DNA from: a virus
Virus record (IMG/VR): IMGVR_UViG_3300014720_000003
Coordinates: 74,481-138,480 of that record
DNA length: 64,000 bases
Direction: 5' to 3' (one strand)
The position numbers and the translations under genes are program-made. Below are positions 1 to 10,106 of this stretch, piece by piece; within the stretch, counting starts at the first letter, position 1; each line of letters opens with the position of its first letter. The notes below the pieces were generated by a model that did not search any database, was not told where the DNA came from, and saw nothing but the letters and a program-made list of their open reading frames with translations.

Positions 1-15
1 AGATTAGTGGAGCCA

Positions 16-342
16 CTATTTATCCTTTTCTTTACTCCATTTATGCCATCCTTTATTGGGCAAATAGTTTCCTTCATCATCTTTGCGTTTTGGAAATAAT
101 GTTCCACCTTTTTTATGTTGACCAAAAGCCAGTATTGCTCCACAATCACCACACCTTAATTCATAGTAATCGTTGCCTTCAACATTTCTTACTATAAACT
201 TTAGATTGGTACTACCACATAATCCGCACTTTTCTTCTCCAAAGATTTCTTGTATAATAGCCAGTTCTTTGAAGATTTCTTTTTGACCTGATCCTTCAAC
301 CTCGAACTCTAATCTATCACTGACCTTATACTTAACTTTCAT
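16..342 (-). CDS. Zn-ribbon hypothetical protein
   Basis: CGLC...CGDC pairs; GGTG SD-like site upstream. Confidence 0.6.
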   Translation of the reverse strand: MKVKYKVSDRLEFEVEGSGQKEIFKELAIIQEIFGEEKCGLCGSTNLKFIVRNVEGNDYYELRCGDCGAILAFGQHKKGGTLFPKRKDDEGNYLPNKGWHKWSKEKDK

Positions 343-349
343 AAATCAC

Positions 350-1087
350 CTATTTCCAGTTATTATCATACCCAAGTATATTATCCGGTATGGAGTTTGT
401 TTGTTGGTAACTAGATAACGATGTTACAATTTTTACAGCATCGTCATGCGATATATGATAGATATTTTTGGAGTCTATAGCAAGAGATTCTAGTAATTTA
501 GTCACATTAATATTAATACGTTTAGCTAATACGTCTATAAAATTAATCTGATTATTCGTGATCTTGTCCACAGTATTATGATCAGGATGATCCTCAATAT
601 CTTTGGCCAATTCTTCAGCGGCCACAACTTTTCGTAGTTTTAGTGCTCGTCTTAATGCTCGTCCTTCTGCTCTTGTTTCTGCCACAGCAACCGGGTGGTT
701 GCGATAAACCTTGTCACAATTACCCCAATAAACGTCCGCAGCGCCACTAACAGAGCGATGATTTAAATTATGGTCCTTGGACTCATCCCTATTTAAATAG
801 TAGCTCAGTTTGTGAACAACTGTGGCTCTTTTTTCGTTATCTGGAGATGGACTCTGAACCACCTCTGAATTAGAATCCAGAATTGTACAGTTAAGGGCTA
901 TCTCAAAAATTCTTCGTAATCCATCTGTTGTTGGATTGCCCATTATTTTTTCATCTTCTGATAGTAAACTCAGCACATAGTCTGTCCACTCTAAATCATT
1001 GGGTGTGAGATTAGCATTTGTAATTTCAACACTCACAGTAGCATTGATAGTTTCTGTCGTGGTTTCCTTTTTTGATCTAGCCATCAT
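350..1087 (-). CDS. Probable Rad52/Sak-like ssDNA annealing protein
   Basis: AETRAEGRALRRAL resembles the AETxAxGRAL signature of phage annealing proteins; lies in the replication module. Confidence 0.45.
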   Translation of the reverse strand: MMARSKKETTTETINATVSVEITNANLTPNDLEWTDYVLSLLSEDEKIMGNPTTDGLRRIFEIALNCTILDSNSEVVQSPSPDNEKRATVVHKLSYYLNRDESKDHNLNHRSVSGAADVYWGNCDKVYRNHPVAVAETRAEGRALRRALKLRKVVAAEELAKDIEDHPDHNTVDKITNNQINFIDVLAKRININVTKLLESLAIDSKNIYHISHDDAVKIVTSLSSYQQTNSIPDNILGYDNNWK

Positions 1088-1875
1088 TCGTCTCCTAGAT
1101 TAATAATTTTACTATTGGGCATGTTTTTTCCTTTGATACTATCTAATATCTCTAGTAATTGGTTAAATATAATAAGTCCTCTTGATGGAGAAAAGTCTTT
1201 TGTTTGTTTGATTCTGATTAAATATAGACCTTTACCTAGAATTAATCCTGTTTTTTTATCATCATACTTTTTATTACGTTTTAGAGCATCATCGCCCCAC
1301 ACTGGTTCAAAATGCGATGGACCATCAACTTCAATGGCCGCATTTAGTTTAGGTAGAAACAGATCAATTTGCAACTTTGTATTTAGTATGCTTTGCTCTT
1401 TGTGGAATTCAACAGAAAATCCCTTTGATAATAACTTAGTATGTAAAAATTTTTCTAATTTGGATCCTGTTTTGCTACTTTGTCTCACAGCATCATTAGC
1501 TTGTTTTAACATATACTGTTTTTCATCATCGCTTTTCTTTTCCCAATTCAAACGAGCTTTAGTTTTTCTGTCTTTAATTTCTTTATCATCCATTCCCTCC
1601 CAAACCTGTAAAACAGATAATCCTATCTTGGATTTGGTTTCATTAGATCTTTGTTTGCCTTGTGTCGGATGCTGAGTTTTACCCAAAGCCAAAGCATTCT
1701 TTTGTGCTTCGCTTTTATTACGAATCTTAATCTTATATTTTATAGCATCTCTGCGTAATTTATTAGCATAAGTCCCGCATTCACTAGCTATATCTTGAAA
1801 ACTTTTATTATTTTTTTCGTATTCTTTTATTAAGAAGTTTTTTTTGTCATTATCAGATAGCTTATCATATTTCAT
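1084..1875 (-). CDS. Vsr/DUF559-like PD-(D/E)XK endonuclease, possibly homing
   Basis: IDLF...AIEVDGPSH motif; NUMOD3-like GKQRSNETKSKIG. Confidence 0.6.
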   Translation of the reverse strand: MKYDKLSDNDKKNFLIKEYEKNNKSFQDIASECGTYANKLRRDAIKYKIKIRNKSEAQKNALALGKTQHPTQGKQRSNETKSKIGLSVLQVWEGMDDKEIKDRKTKARLNWEKKSDDEKQYMLKQANDAVRQSSKTGSKLEKFLHTKLLSKGFSVEFHKEQSILNTKLQIDLFLPKLNAAIEVDGPSHFEPVWGDDALKRNKKYDDKKTGLILGKGLYLIRIKQTKDFSPSRGLIIFNQLLEILDSIKGKNMPNSKIINLGDE

Positions 1876-2234
1876 AGTTGAATCTCTTCTATCTTTGCGT
1901 TGTTATTAGTTAATAGTTTATATTGATTCAATGTTTTTCTATCAAGTTTTTGTGAAACACAATCATTAATATCAACATACAGATATATATCTTTTGATAA
2001 GAGATTATCGTGTTGTATAAGATCTTGATAATTTAAAAAAACTATAGTGCCATCATAATTATGCATATAATAGTCTAGAAGAACAGCATATTTTTGATTT
2101 TCCCATCCGTCACTATTCGTAAATATATTGAAATCAATCAAACTATATTTTTGTGTAAAAAATACTTTAATTAATTCTATAATAGAAGCATTTTCGAGAA
2201 AACTATTAGTAAAAATAGATATTTTATGTTTCAT
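1872..2234 (-). CDS. Hypothetical protein
   Basis: ATGA-type overlaps with both neighbours. Confidence 0.55.
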   Translation of the reverse strand: MKHKISIFTNSFLENASIIELIKVFFTQKYSLIDFNIFTNSDGWENQKYAVLLDYYMHNYDGTIVFLNYQDLIQHDNLLSKDIYLYVDINDCVSQKLDRKTLNQYKLLTNNNAKIEEIQL

Positions 2235-2875
2235 ATTCTTTGATAGGTTGTTGGTTTAAGATTAATATTGAATGGTTTGACTATACAATTATTAGACACT
2301 GTAAGTTTATTAATTAGTTCAAAAATAAAATAGTTGTGTACGATATTGGTTTCTAATACTGTTTTCATATATGAGGCATGATCTTTAGACAAGTAATAGA
2401 TGTCATATAGGTAATTATCTAAATCATAACTAATATTCTCAATAATTTTGTTGTTAATAATACAACCTAATTTATTCTTAGTGTGCTTATTAATAAAAAT
2501 CTGAGTACCATCAGATGTATCAAATTTATTAAATAGCCTAACACTCAAATTACTATCACCAAACAATATCAAACAATCACTATCTAAATAATCTTTAGCC
2601 AAATATAAACTATGAGCATAATTATATTGATCATATTCAGAATTATAAATTAAATTGACGTTTTTTAATAAGTGATCATGCTTAGAGATAAAACTCAGAA
2701 ATTTTTTATTATCAAATCCGTATACATATGCTATAGTGGGGTTGTCGAATACTGTATTAATAATTCCTAGCTGATTTTGTAAAATAGTTTGATGGTTGGA
2801 GGTTTTTAATAAACCCACACACCCTTTGGATTTCATTCGCTTTTGAAATTTATCTCCCAGTATAATAATATTCAT
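2231..2875 (-). CDS. Degenerate nucleotidyltransferase (LicC/NTP_transferase-like)
   Basis: NIIILG...RMKSKG..LLK, YVYGFD, YNYAHSLYLA, ILFGD; canonical GxGTR/PK motifs are eroded. Confidence 0.55.
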   Translation of the reverse strand: MNIIILGDKFQKRMKSKGCVGLLKTSNHQTILQNQLGIINTVFDNPTIAYVYGFDNKKFLSFISKHDHLLKNVNLIYNSEYDQYNYAHSLYLAKDYLDSDCLILFGDSNLSVRLFNKFDTSDGTQIFINKHTKNKLGCIINNKIIENISYDLDNYLYDIYYLSKDHASYMKTVLETNIVHNYFIFELINKLTVSNNCIVKPFNINLKPTTYQRI

Positions 2876-3630
2876 ACAAACATATATTTAGTATCATCAT
2901 TTAGTAGATTGGTATTTTCTATTTTCCTAACATATCGATATACTGATGCACTATATACTATACATGTCTTATTTTTATCTGAAACCACCATTATCTGTCC
3001 CATATCTTTATGTACAATCTCATTTGTTTTAATAATTGGATTGAGATTACTCACAGGACCACTTATCTGAACAATAAACCTAGATTTAATATTTGTGTAT
3101 AGAATACTATTAATAATTGACTCATCAGTAACATCTTCATCTAAAATACTCTGTATGCGCCAACCACAAGATATATTACATTCATCTATCAAACTATTCA
3201 TCATACCAAAGGTATAAATTAATGATTGTGATTTACGACGTAAGAAAATGATTTTTTTTGGAGGACCGACCGTATTATCCATAAGGTTGGAGCATAAAGT
3301 TTTTAAGTCGGATGGGTTCTCAAATCCATGTAAACTAATAATCACAGTATAATGTAATCTATTTGTCTCTGTAAATTTAGTGATTTTATCATCCAAGCAC
3401 GCATCCGCTAGACCAAATTGTTCAAACCATTTGTTTTCCCTATATCCAATACATTTTTTATTATTGATAATATAAAATTCTTTCTCATTATCATATGCTT
3501 CGATAATTTCAACATTATTCTGTCGTAATTTATTAATAAAATCTAATGAGCAGTTTGTTTGTGTATTTTCATCATATTTGGCGAATACACAATTTTTGCA
3601 TGAAGTATGAATAGCGCTGATGGTTGTCAT
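2872..3630 (-). CDS. Hypothetical protein
   Basis: 252 aa, N-terminal CKNC; coupled to neighbours. Confidence 0.6.
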   Translation of the reverse strand: MTTISAIHTSCKNCVFAKYDENTQTNCSLDFINKLRQNNVEIIEAYDNEKEFYIINNKKCIGYRENKWFEQFGLADACLDDKITKFTETNRLHYTVIISLHGFENPSDLKTLCSNLMDNTVGPPKKIIFLRRKSQSLIYTFGMMNSLIDECNISCGWRIQSILDEDVTDESIINSILYTNIKSRFIVQISGPVSNLNPIIKTNEIVHKDMGQIMVVSDKNKTCIVYSASVYRYVRKIENTNLLNDDTKYMFV

Positions 3631-5246
3631 GGAATAAAATCCTCTTTGGCTATAGAATTTTTGTTTGTTCTCATCTGTTCACAAACAATTTTATTATTTA
3701 GGAATGATTCTAGAATAGCAATAACATCTTGATGACCAAAGGTTTTAAAATGACCATTCTGAACTATTACACTATTAATAAAATCCTTGATTAACATTTG
3801 TATTGGTGCTGTATTAATTAAGTATGGTTCATTAATTACATGAGAACACATGAATTCAACAAATTCTTTTTTTGATATTGTGGATGGAATCGATACATTC
3901 GTATGGTTTGTTGTATATTTTTCTGATGTATCCCAATTTGTTTTCTGATTATTTTTTATATGATCAAAGGCAGCATTCCATGTTTGATAAACATTATCCC
4001 AAGAATATTTTTCAATACATTTCTCTCTGATATGATCACTATTAGGAATAGTAATAGTCTTATTAAAGAATTGAGTTAGTAAATTGATAGTATAGTTGTT
4101 ATCTGGAAGTGCTCTTAAAGCATTACTTTCCATTTCCCTAAATAGGGAACACGGTATTTTATACCCTAATAAATTATCAGCAATTTCGGACATAGCACTA
4201 TAATCCACAACCATAATAGGAATGCCACAAGATGCAGCCTCTATTTGTGGAATACCAAATCCTTCACATATAGCATATTGTAGATAAACATCGAACAGAT
4301 TATATATCTCACTCAATTGTGAAGTAGACACCGAATTAGTTGTACTAGTAAATCGTGCATTATAAGATCCACAACTTGTACACTTTGTCGTAATCCCATT
4401 AAATTTAGAAGGGAAAAAACTATTACATGATTTACACAAATAGGTAAAATAAACCCTATCAGCAACACCATATTCTAAAAGAAGCGAGGGAATATCCCAC
4501 CCAGCCTCTTCTGGATAACTAGTATGAAGATATAATACTGTATTTGTTGAATTACTAGGATTCTTAATAAATTCATTTAATACTAATATAAGATCAGCTA
4601 GTAATTTACGCTTTTGATTACGCATTACTGTGCCAATCACATTAATTTTGTTTGTACCTAAATATTTGGTTTTGTGTTCATCTTTATTATATATTGGTTT
4701 AAATATATTGTAATCTACTCCAGCATTAGCGATTTGTGGGAATAGATTAATAGTATCTCCACACTCTTGTATTAGGGTGTCTTTGGCCCATTGAGTATAT
4801 GGAACTACTAAATCACTATTTTTAAATGTAATTTTCCAATCTATGCGCTGAGGAGCAGAATCTACTGTTGGCATTATTACCCAATTATAAAATCTACGAT
4901 ATGGGCTGGTTTCTTGATACGCGCTCATCCAATAGTCTCTAACATCAAAAACTATATCAGGATTAAAGTCTGCTAAAACCCTATTAAATCTCCAAAGACC
5001 AAACTGATTAAGGTTGTTACTTTTATAAGTGTTGTATCTTTCGTCATTAACAGGCACAGCATTAGCATAGAACCGCCAGGGAATATCTTTAATTCTGGTA
5101 TTTAAATGATCAACAAAACAACCTAATTCTGCTACTTCATACTCTTCGTTTTTATGTAGTCGTGAGAGAATTTCCTTACCATAAATACCATAACCGGTAT
5201 CTAAAAAACTAGCATCGTTACATAGTAAAATTTTTGTTTTTTTCAT
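3627..5246 (-). CDS. GT-B glycosyltransferase (GT4-like) with CxxC Zn-ribbon insertion
   Basis: TGYG, RNQKRK, EGFGIPQIEAASCG. Confidence 0.85.
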   Translation of the reverse strand: MKKTKILLCNDASFLDTGYGIYGKEILSRLHKNEEYEVAELGCFVDHLNTRIKDIPWRFYANAVPVNDERYNTYKSNNLNQFGLWRFNRVLADFNPDIVFDVRDYWMSAYQETSPYRRFYNWVIMPTVDSAPQRIDWKITFKNSDLVVPYTQWAKDTLIQECGDTINLFPQIANAGVDYNIFKPIYNKDEHKTKYLGTNKINVIGTVMRNQKRKLLADLILVLNEFIKNPSNSTNTVLYLHTSYPEEAGWDIPSLLLEYGVADRVYFTYLCKSCNSFFPSKFNGITTKCTSCGSYNARFTSTTNSVSTSQLSEIYNLFDVYLQYAICEGFGIPQIEAASCGIPIMVVDYSAMSEIADNLLGYKIPCSLFREMESNALRALPDNNYTINLLTQFFNKTITIPNSDHIREKCIEKYSWDNVYQTWNAAFDHIKNNQKTNWDTSEKYTTNHTNVSIPSTISKKEFVEFMCSHVINEPYLINTAPIQMLIKDFINSVIVQNGHFKTFGHQDVIAILESFLNNKIVCEQMRTNKNSIAKEDFIP

Positions 5247-5259
5247 GTTATAGAATACA

Positions 5260-5290
5260 GACCCCTGGCACCATTGAGATGCCAGGGATC
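5260..5290 (-). terminator. Stem-loop after ssb (probable terminator)
   Basis: GATCCCTGGCATC-TCAAT-GGTGCCAGGGGTC; weak U tail. Confidence 0.5.
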
Positions 5291-5310
5291 TATATTAGAG
5301 ATACTTAAAA

Positions 5311-5682
5311 TCAGAACGCAACAGCGTCGGCTGTTTTTTCTGATCTTTTGGTTTTTGAGATTTTACCAAAATTATTAACTCTGACCTTTAGAGTATTATG
5401 TTTTACTCCATCCTTTTCCCAACTGTCATTACGTAATGATCCTTCGATAATTACTAGATCTCCCTTCTTCAACGAAGATGAAATGGCCTCAGCGCCACTA
5501 TCCCATGCTTCACACTGAATAAATGAGGTAATTTTATCTTGTGTACCATTAGCCTTGGTGAATTCTCTTGATGTGGCAACAGTAAAATTAACCACATAAG
5601 TTTGTTTATCACCAGTTGTAATAACTCTGAGTTCCGGATCCCTAGCTAAATTACCTTTAATCATAACAATATTCATATACAT
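5311..5682 (-). CDS. ssb: Single-stranded DNA-binding protein
   Basis: GNLARDPELR, CEAW, KGDLVIIEGSL. Confidence 0.92.
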   Translation of the reverse strand: MYMNIVMIKGNLARDPELRVITTGDKQTYVVNFTVATSREFTKANGTQDKITSFIQCEAWDSGAEAISSSLKKGDLVIIEGSLRNDSWEKDGVKHNTLKVRVNNFGKISKTKRSEKTADAVAF

Positions 5683-5718
5683 CTCCTTGTTAATTTAAAA
5701 CCAAACCTGACCTGACAT

Positions 5719-5746
5719 ATTGTAAGCTCGACGGGACACAAGTCAA
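5719..5746 (-). promoter_or_regulatory. Sigma70-type promoter for ssb
   Basis: TTGACT-N16-TACAAT. Confidence 0.6.
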
Positions 5747-7368
5747 GCCCTTGGAATATAAGCCTTTTCCACAATTAGGCCATCACCAGTTTTTGATTTA
5801 TTTCCCTTTAATATGATAACATTACCAACGAATAATATATTCTTATATTCTTTATACTTTTCTGGAAACATTATAACCGAATCCAAAGAGCCTGTGCTAT
5901 CAATTATTGTAAGAAATGCCATCTCTGATCCTGGATTTTTTCCTGATTTTGTTTTTGTTACACTAATAAAATCTATTTCTCCACCGATAATTAAATTATC
6001 TTTCATAGTAGTTGTTTTAAACTCTTTACATGTAATATTTGTCATACTAATATCATACATGTCTATTTTTGAGCAAGAGATTGAGTATCCTAGTAAGGAA
6101 TCTTCACAGTCAGATATCCATTCAGGACTATCTTGTAAAGAATACGGGGGATTTTTTAATGAATTGATCATATCTTGTATAGCATTTTTTCTATTTTTAT
6201 TAATTTTAGACTGACCAAGAACTAATGATAATAGTTCACTGAGCTTGTGTTTATCTTTAAATTCTTTCACATAACTACTTAAAATTTCTAACTCCTTTTT
6301 TGTCAAACCACTCACGGTGTTGTATTCGAACAACATTTTGTTTCTGGATATTTTAAAAAATCCAAGAGATCCACTTTGAATTAATGCTTTCGATGCTGTA
6401 CTATTAATATTAATTAAGACAAATAATAAACACTCAAACCAACACATAGAGTTAAAATCTATTTGTGTAGATAATTTAGTAATCTTATCAAACACAGAAG
6501 ATCCAACACCCTTGATATCAGTTAAACCAAAATAAATTTTATTATCATGCAGAATGAAAAATTCGTTTTTTAATCTCAAATCCGGATTATGTACAGAAAT
6601 ATCCATCTCGCTGGCATTAAGTATTAACTCCTTAATTTCTGCTTGAGGGTCTATTTTATCTTTAGCAAATCGCAGATACGAAGCAAAGAATATTTTCGGA
6701 AAGTGTGCTTTAGCATATGCCGATAAATAAGCATTAACAGCATAACTTACAGCATGACTTTTATTAAAAGAATATCTCTGACTTTTTTCGATCCATCCAA
6801 AAATTTGTTCAGCCTGTTCTTGAGTAACTAGGCTCATAGCACTAGCGCCATCCATAAATTTGGATTTAACTTTGGCCATTTCTTCTGGTTTCTTTTTACC
6901 AATAGCTTTGCGCAACATATCTGCTTCTTGAAGATTGAAACCGGCGACTACCTTAACAATCTCCATTGCTTGTTCTTGATAAACCATCTCTCCATATGTA
7001 TTCTCTAATACTTCTTTCAAGCAAGGATGAAAATAATCTACTGATTCTAGTCCATTTTTTTTATCTATATAATGATGACTAACACTTTTACCATCTCTAA
7101 TAGCTTCCAAACAACCAGGACGCATAATGCTTATGAGCGCTGATAGTTGTTCTATATTAGATGGTTTCAATTTCTTAGCCATAGATCTACCAAGGCGACT
7201 CTCTAATTGAAAGCACCCTTTTGTATTTCCATCTGATATAAGATCCCAGGTTCTTTGACAGTCTAGGGTTATATGATCTATAGAAGGATCAAAAGTGATC
7301 TGTGTGGAACCATTGTTTTCTACAATAGGAAACTTACACCCACACGAATATGAAAAATGTTTAGACAT
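5743..7368 (-). CDS. dnaE: DNA polymerase III alpha, C-terminal half (fingers, HhH, OB)
   Basis: GCFQLES, MRPG, YQEQ, LRKAIGKK, YSFNKSHA, IKGVG, OB fold. Confidence 0.92.
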   Translation of the reverse strand: MSKHFSYSCGCKFPIVENNGSTQITFDPSIDHITLDCQRTWDLISDGNTKGCFQLESRLGRSMAKKLKPSNIEQLSALISIMRPGCLEAIRDGKSVSHHYIDKKNGLESVDYFHPCLKEVLENTYGEMVYQEQAMEIVKVVAGFNLQEADMLRKAIGKKKPEEMAKVKSKFMDGASAMSLVTQEQAEQIFGWIEKSQRYSFNKSHAVSYAVNAYLSAYAKAHFPKIFFASYLRFAKDKIDPQAEIKELILNASEMDISVHNPDLRLKNEFFILHDNKIYFGLTDIKGVGSSVFDKITKLSTQIDFNSMCWFECLLFVLININSTASKALIQSGSLGFFKISRNKMLFEYNTVSGLTKKELEILSSYVKEFKDKHKLSELLSLVLGQSKINKNRKNAIQDMINSLKNPPYSLQDSPEWISDCEDSLLGYSISCSKIDMYDISMTNITCKEFKTTTMKDNLIIGGEIDFISVTKTKSGKNPGSEMAFLTIIDSTGSLDSVIMFPEKYKEYKNILFVGNVIILKGNKSKTGDGLIVEKAYIPRA

Positions 7369-8059
7369 TACTGCTTGAGAATGCGTTTCTAAATTTAACT
7401 TTCTGTCCTAGATTTCTATGTAACTTAAGAAAACGCACAATAATTTGAGCGGTATCCTTTACATCTTGCAAAGCATCATGAGCATTATCCTTGGATAACC
7501 CAAAATAATCTCTCACATTATCTAGTGTGTAGTTTTTTAAATCGTTATTGTTTTCAAACCAATAAAACATCAAATTCATACCATCAACAACATCTCGTGG
7601 ATAGAATAAATTGGTCCTATGTTCTTTATTTAGGTTACCATATTTACGGCTTAATCTATCAATAATATGTAAATCAAACCGATTAATATTATATCCAGCA
7701 GCTATTGGTGCTGTAAATTGACTTTTTTTGGATGATCTAGTATGATATTTTTCTAAATAATTTACAAATATCTTCCAAGAGTGATCCTGTTTAGGATATT
7801 TATACCATGACTTTAGGACCTCTTCTTTGGAACACCCCTTAACCTTTGAATGAAAGTCCAGAATATCAGTTTCATAAGTGTAGTTCTCTGTATTTTCTAG
7901 AACCTCTGGCTTAAAGTGGATATTTAATTCTGAATCATCTATTACTTCTAAACTAATAGGATCTATAATAATAGCAGCCAGTTGCACGGGACTGCATACC
8001 GATGGATCAGAGCCATCTGTTTCAAAATCAAAAACACAAATTTTGTTATAGTTAATCAT
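7361..8059 (-). CDS. DEDDh 3'-5' exonuclease (DnaQ/epsilon-like)
   Basis: FDFETDG, GYNINRFD, AHDALQDV. Confidence 0.88.
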   Translation of the reverse strand: MINYNKICVFDFETDGSDPSVCSPVQLAAIIIDPISLEVIDDSELNIHFKPEVLENTENYTYETDILDFHSKVKGCSKEEVLKSWYKYPKQDHSWKIFVNYLEKYHTRSSKKSQFTAPIAAGYNINRFDLHIIDRLSRKYGNLNKEHRTNLFYPRDVVDGMNLMFYWFENNNDLKNYTLDNVRDYFGLSKDNAHDALQDVKDTAQIIVRFLKLHRNLGQKVKFRNAFSSSNV

Positions 8060-8235
8060 TCAGAGACCACTACCTCTTGAGTTGGTTGTACAAAAATTCT
8101 ATTCTGCACATTCTGTACAGCTATTGCATTTATAGATTTGCAACAACTAACCTTTGCAGTATCGACCTTTTTATATTGTGTTTCATTTAGAGTAAATACC
8201 GAACCAACGGATACTTCTTGAAACTGCTTATTCAT
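8056..8235 (-). CDS. 59-aa hypothetical protein (absent from ORF track)
   Basis: MNKQFQEVSVGSVF...SCCKSINA...VVSE; ATGA overlaps at both ends. Confidence 0.6.
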   Translation of the reverse strand: MNKQFQEVSVGSVFTLNETQYKKVDTAKVSCCKSINAIAVQNVQNRIFVQPTQEVVVSE

Positions 8236-10106
8236 ATATTAACTCCTTTACTAAGTAAATTTTGAATAGTCATAATCTTATCTAACATTGCAACACCGAG
8301 AATATCGAATTTAATTATACCAATATTTTCTAGATCTTGCATTTCCATACCAGCAATCATTTGTTCGTTCTTGGTGTCATAAATCATTGGACATATTTGA
8401 TGCAAAGGCTCCGAGCTAATAGCGATACCAGCGGCGTGTTTTGATTGATTCGACTTTGTTCCTTCTAATCTTATAGCCTGTTCGAATCTTTTGGCCAGTG
8501 GTCCCTGAAGCTCGCCATTATCGTCGATGTAACACCATTCTCTAAGTTTATCTCCATTATTTTCCAATGCCCATCTAATAATTGATGCCTCACCTGTCTC
8601 TTCTTTCATTTCCTGAAGATCATCAGCTATTTTAGCTTCGTCCGGAATATTTTTAGTTATACGATTCATTTCTTCGAAACCAATATTACCATATACTCTT
8701 AAAACATCCTTAAGAGCACCCCTACCCTTTATAGTATTGAAGGTAATCATTTGTGCAACTTTATCCACACCATATTTATTTTTTATGTATTCTATGATAT
8801 ATTCTCTTTTATCTATAGGCACATCCACATCAATATCTGGCATACTTATTCTATCCTTCGTATTCCTACCAGAATTATAAAATCTATCAAAAAATAAGTT
8901 ATATTTGATAGGATCTATATTTGTAATACCAATAAGATAAGATACTAAACAACCAGCCGCAGAACCCCTACCAGGACCGGGTAACCAACTATTGTCCTTC
9001 ACATATTTTACAATATCTTGAACTATTAAAAAATAGCTACTGAGATCAGCACCCTGTAAAACATCTAACTCATATTTTATGCGATCCACATATTGCTGCT
9101 GATGTTCTTTTGGTATATTATTGGCAATTTTATCTTTCCAGCCCTTTCTACAAAGCTCTCTTAAATATTCAGCATCATCATATCCTGTTGGACACTGAAA
9201 TGGTGGCAACCTAGGTTTGCTCAAAATATCATAATCCTCTATTAAATTTGCTACATAATTTGTATTACTGATTTCCTCTAGTGTATGCAGATCGTTAATT
9301 TCTTCTTGAGATGGAATATGGTAATTTTCAGAAATAAAGAAACACCCCAGTGGAACCTGTTCGTCGTTGCTGAGTTTGCGACTAATTTCTGGAAATGTTG
9401 TTTTTAAATTATTGCATAATAATATACGTTGATCAACAGCGTCTTCTTTTTTACAGTAGTGAGCATCCGGGGTGCAAATAACCTTAGTGTCGGTTTCTTT
9501 ACCTATGGTCCTAATAGCATCAGTTAATAGAATTTGTACTGGAAGATTATCTTTATCAATTAATTGTGCTTCTAAAAACACATGATTATTGAATATCTTT
9601 TTAAGATATCTCACATGTTCTATTCCTAGAGATAACCAATTGTCTTTTAGATTATAGTTATCCAAAATTAGATCGGCTAAAGTTGAGCCCAAATGCCCTG
9701 TGATCGCTACTAAATGACCATTGTTGAGTTTGGCTAAAGTTTGCAGATCTAATCTGGGTTTATGATAATAATATTCTGGTTTATTAGATTCTGATACTAT
9801 TCTAATTAGGTCTTTCCATCCGTTATAGTTACGAGCAAGCACAATAAAATGAGATAGAGATCTATTTTCTTTATCCTTAAATGATGGGTCTTGATCACAT
9901 ATGTATAGTTCACACCCCAAAATGGGCTTAATACCAGCTGCCTTCATGGCAGTGTAAAACTTTATTGCACCAGCAATATTACCATGATCAGTAAGAGCAC
10001 AAGCAGATGCTCCAATTTCTTTACATCTTTCTGCCATTGATTTTGGCTGAGATAAACCATCCAATAAACTATACATGGAATGGCAATGTAATGGTATATA
10101 GTTCAT
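8232..10106 (-). CDS. dnaE: DNA polymerase III alpha, N-terminal half (PHP, palm, thumb)
   Basis: HCHSMYSLLDG, TDHG, DAHY, GRGSAAG, PDIDVD, HAAG, KFDILG. Confidence 0.95.
   Translation of the reverse strand: MNYIPLHCHSMYSLLDGLSQPKSMAERCKEIGASACALTDHGNIAGAIKFYTAMKAAGIKPILGCELYICDQDPSFKDKENRSLSHFIVLARNYNGWKDLIRIVSESNKPEYYYHKPRLDLQTLAKLNNGHLVAITGHLGSTLADLILDNYNLKDNWLSLGIEHVRYLKKIFNNHVFLEAQLIDKDNLPVQILLTDAIRTIGKETDTKVICTPDAHYCKKEDAVDQRILLCNNLKTTFPEISRKLSNDEQVPLGCFFISENYHIPSQEEINDLHTLEEISNTNYVANLIEDYDILSKPRLPPFQCPTGYDDAEYLRELCRKGWKDKIANNIPKEHQQQYVDRIKYELDVLQGADLSSYFLIVQDIVKYVKDNSWLPGPGRGSAAGCLVSYLIGITNIDPIKYNLFFDRFYNSGRNTKDRISMPDIDVDVPIDKREYIIEYIKNKYGVDKVAQMITFNTIKGRGALKDVLRVYGNIGFEEMNRITKNIPDEAKIADDLQEMKEETGEASIIRWALENNGDKLREWCYIDDNGELQGPLAKRFEQAIRLEGTKSNQSKHAAGIAISSEPLHQICPMIYDTKNEQMIAGMEMQDLENIGIIKFDILGVAMLDKIMTIQNLLSKGVNI

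Noticed and set aside
7300-8300. Split intein or group I intron joining the dnaE halves
   Set aside because: No intein blocks at either end; the gap is fully occupied by coupled ORFs
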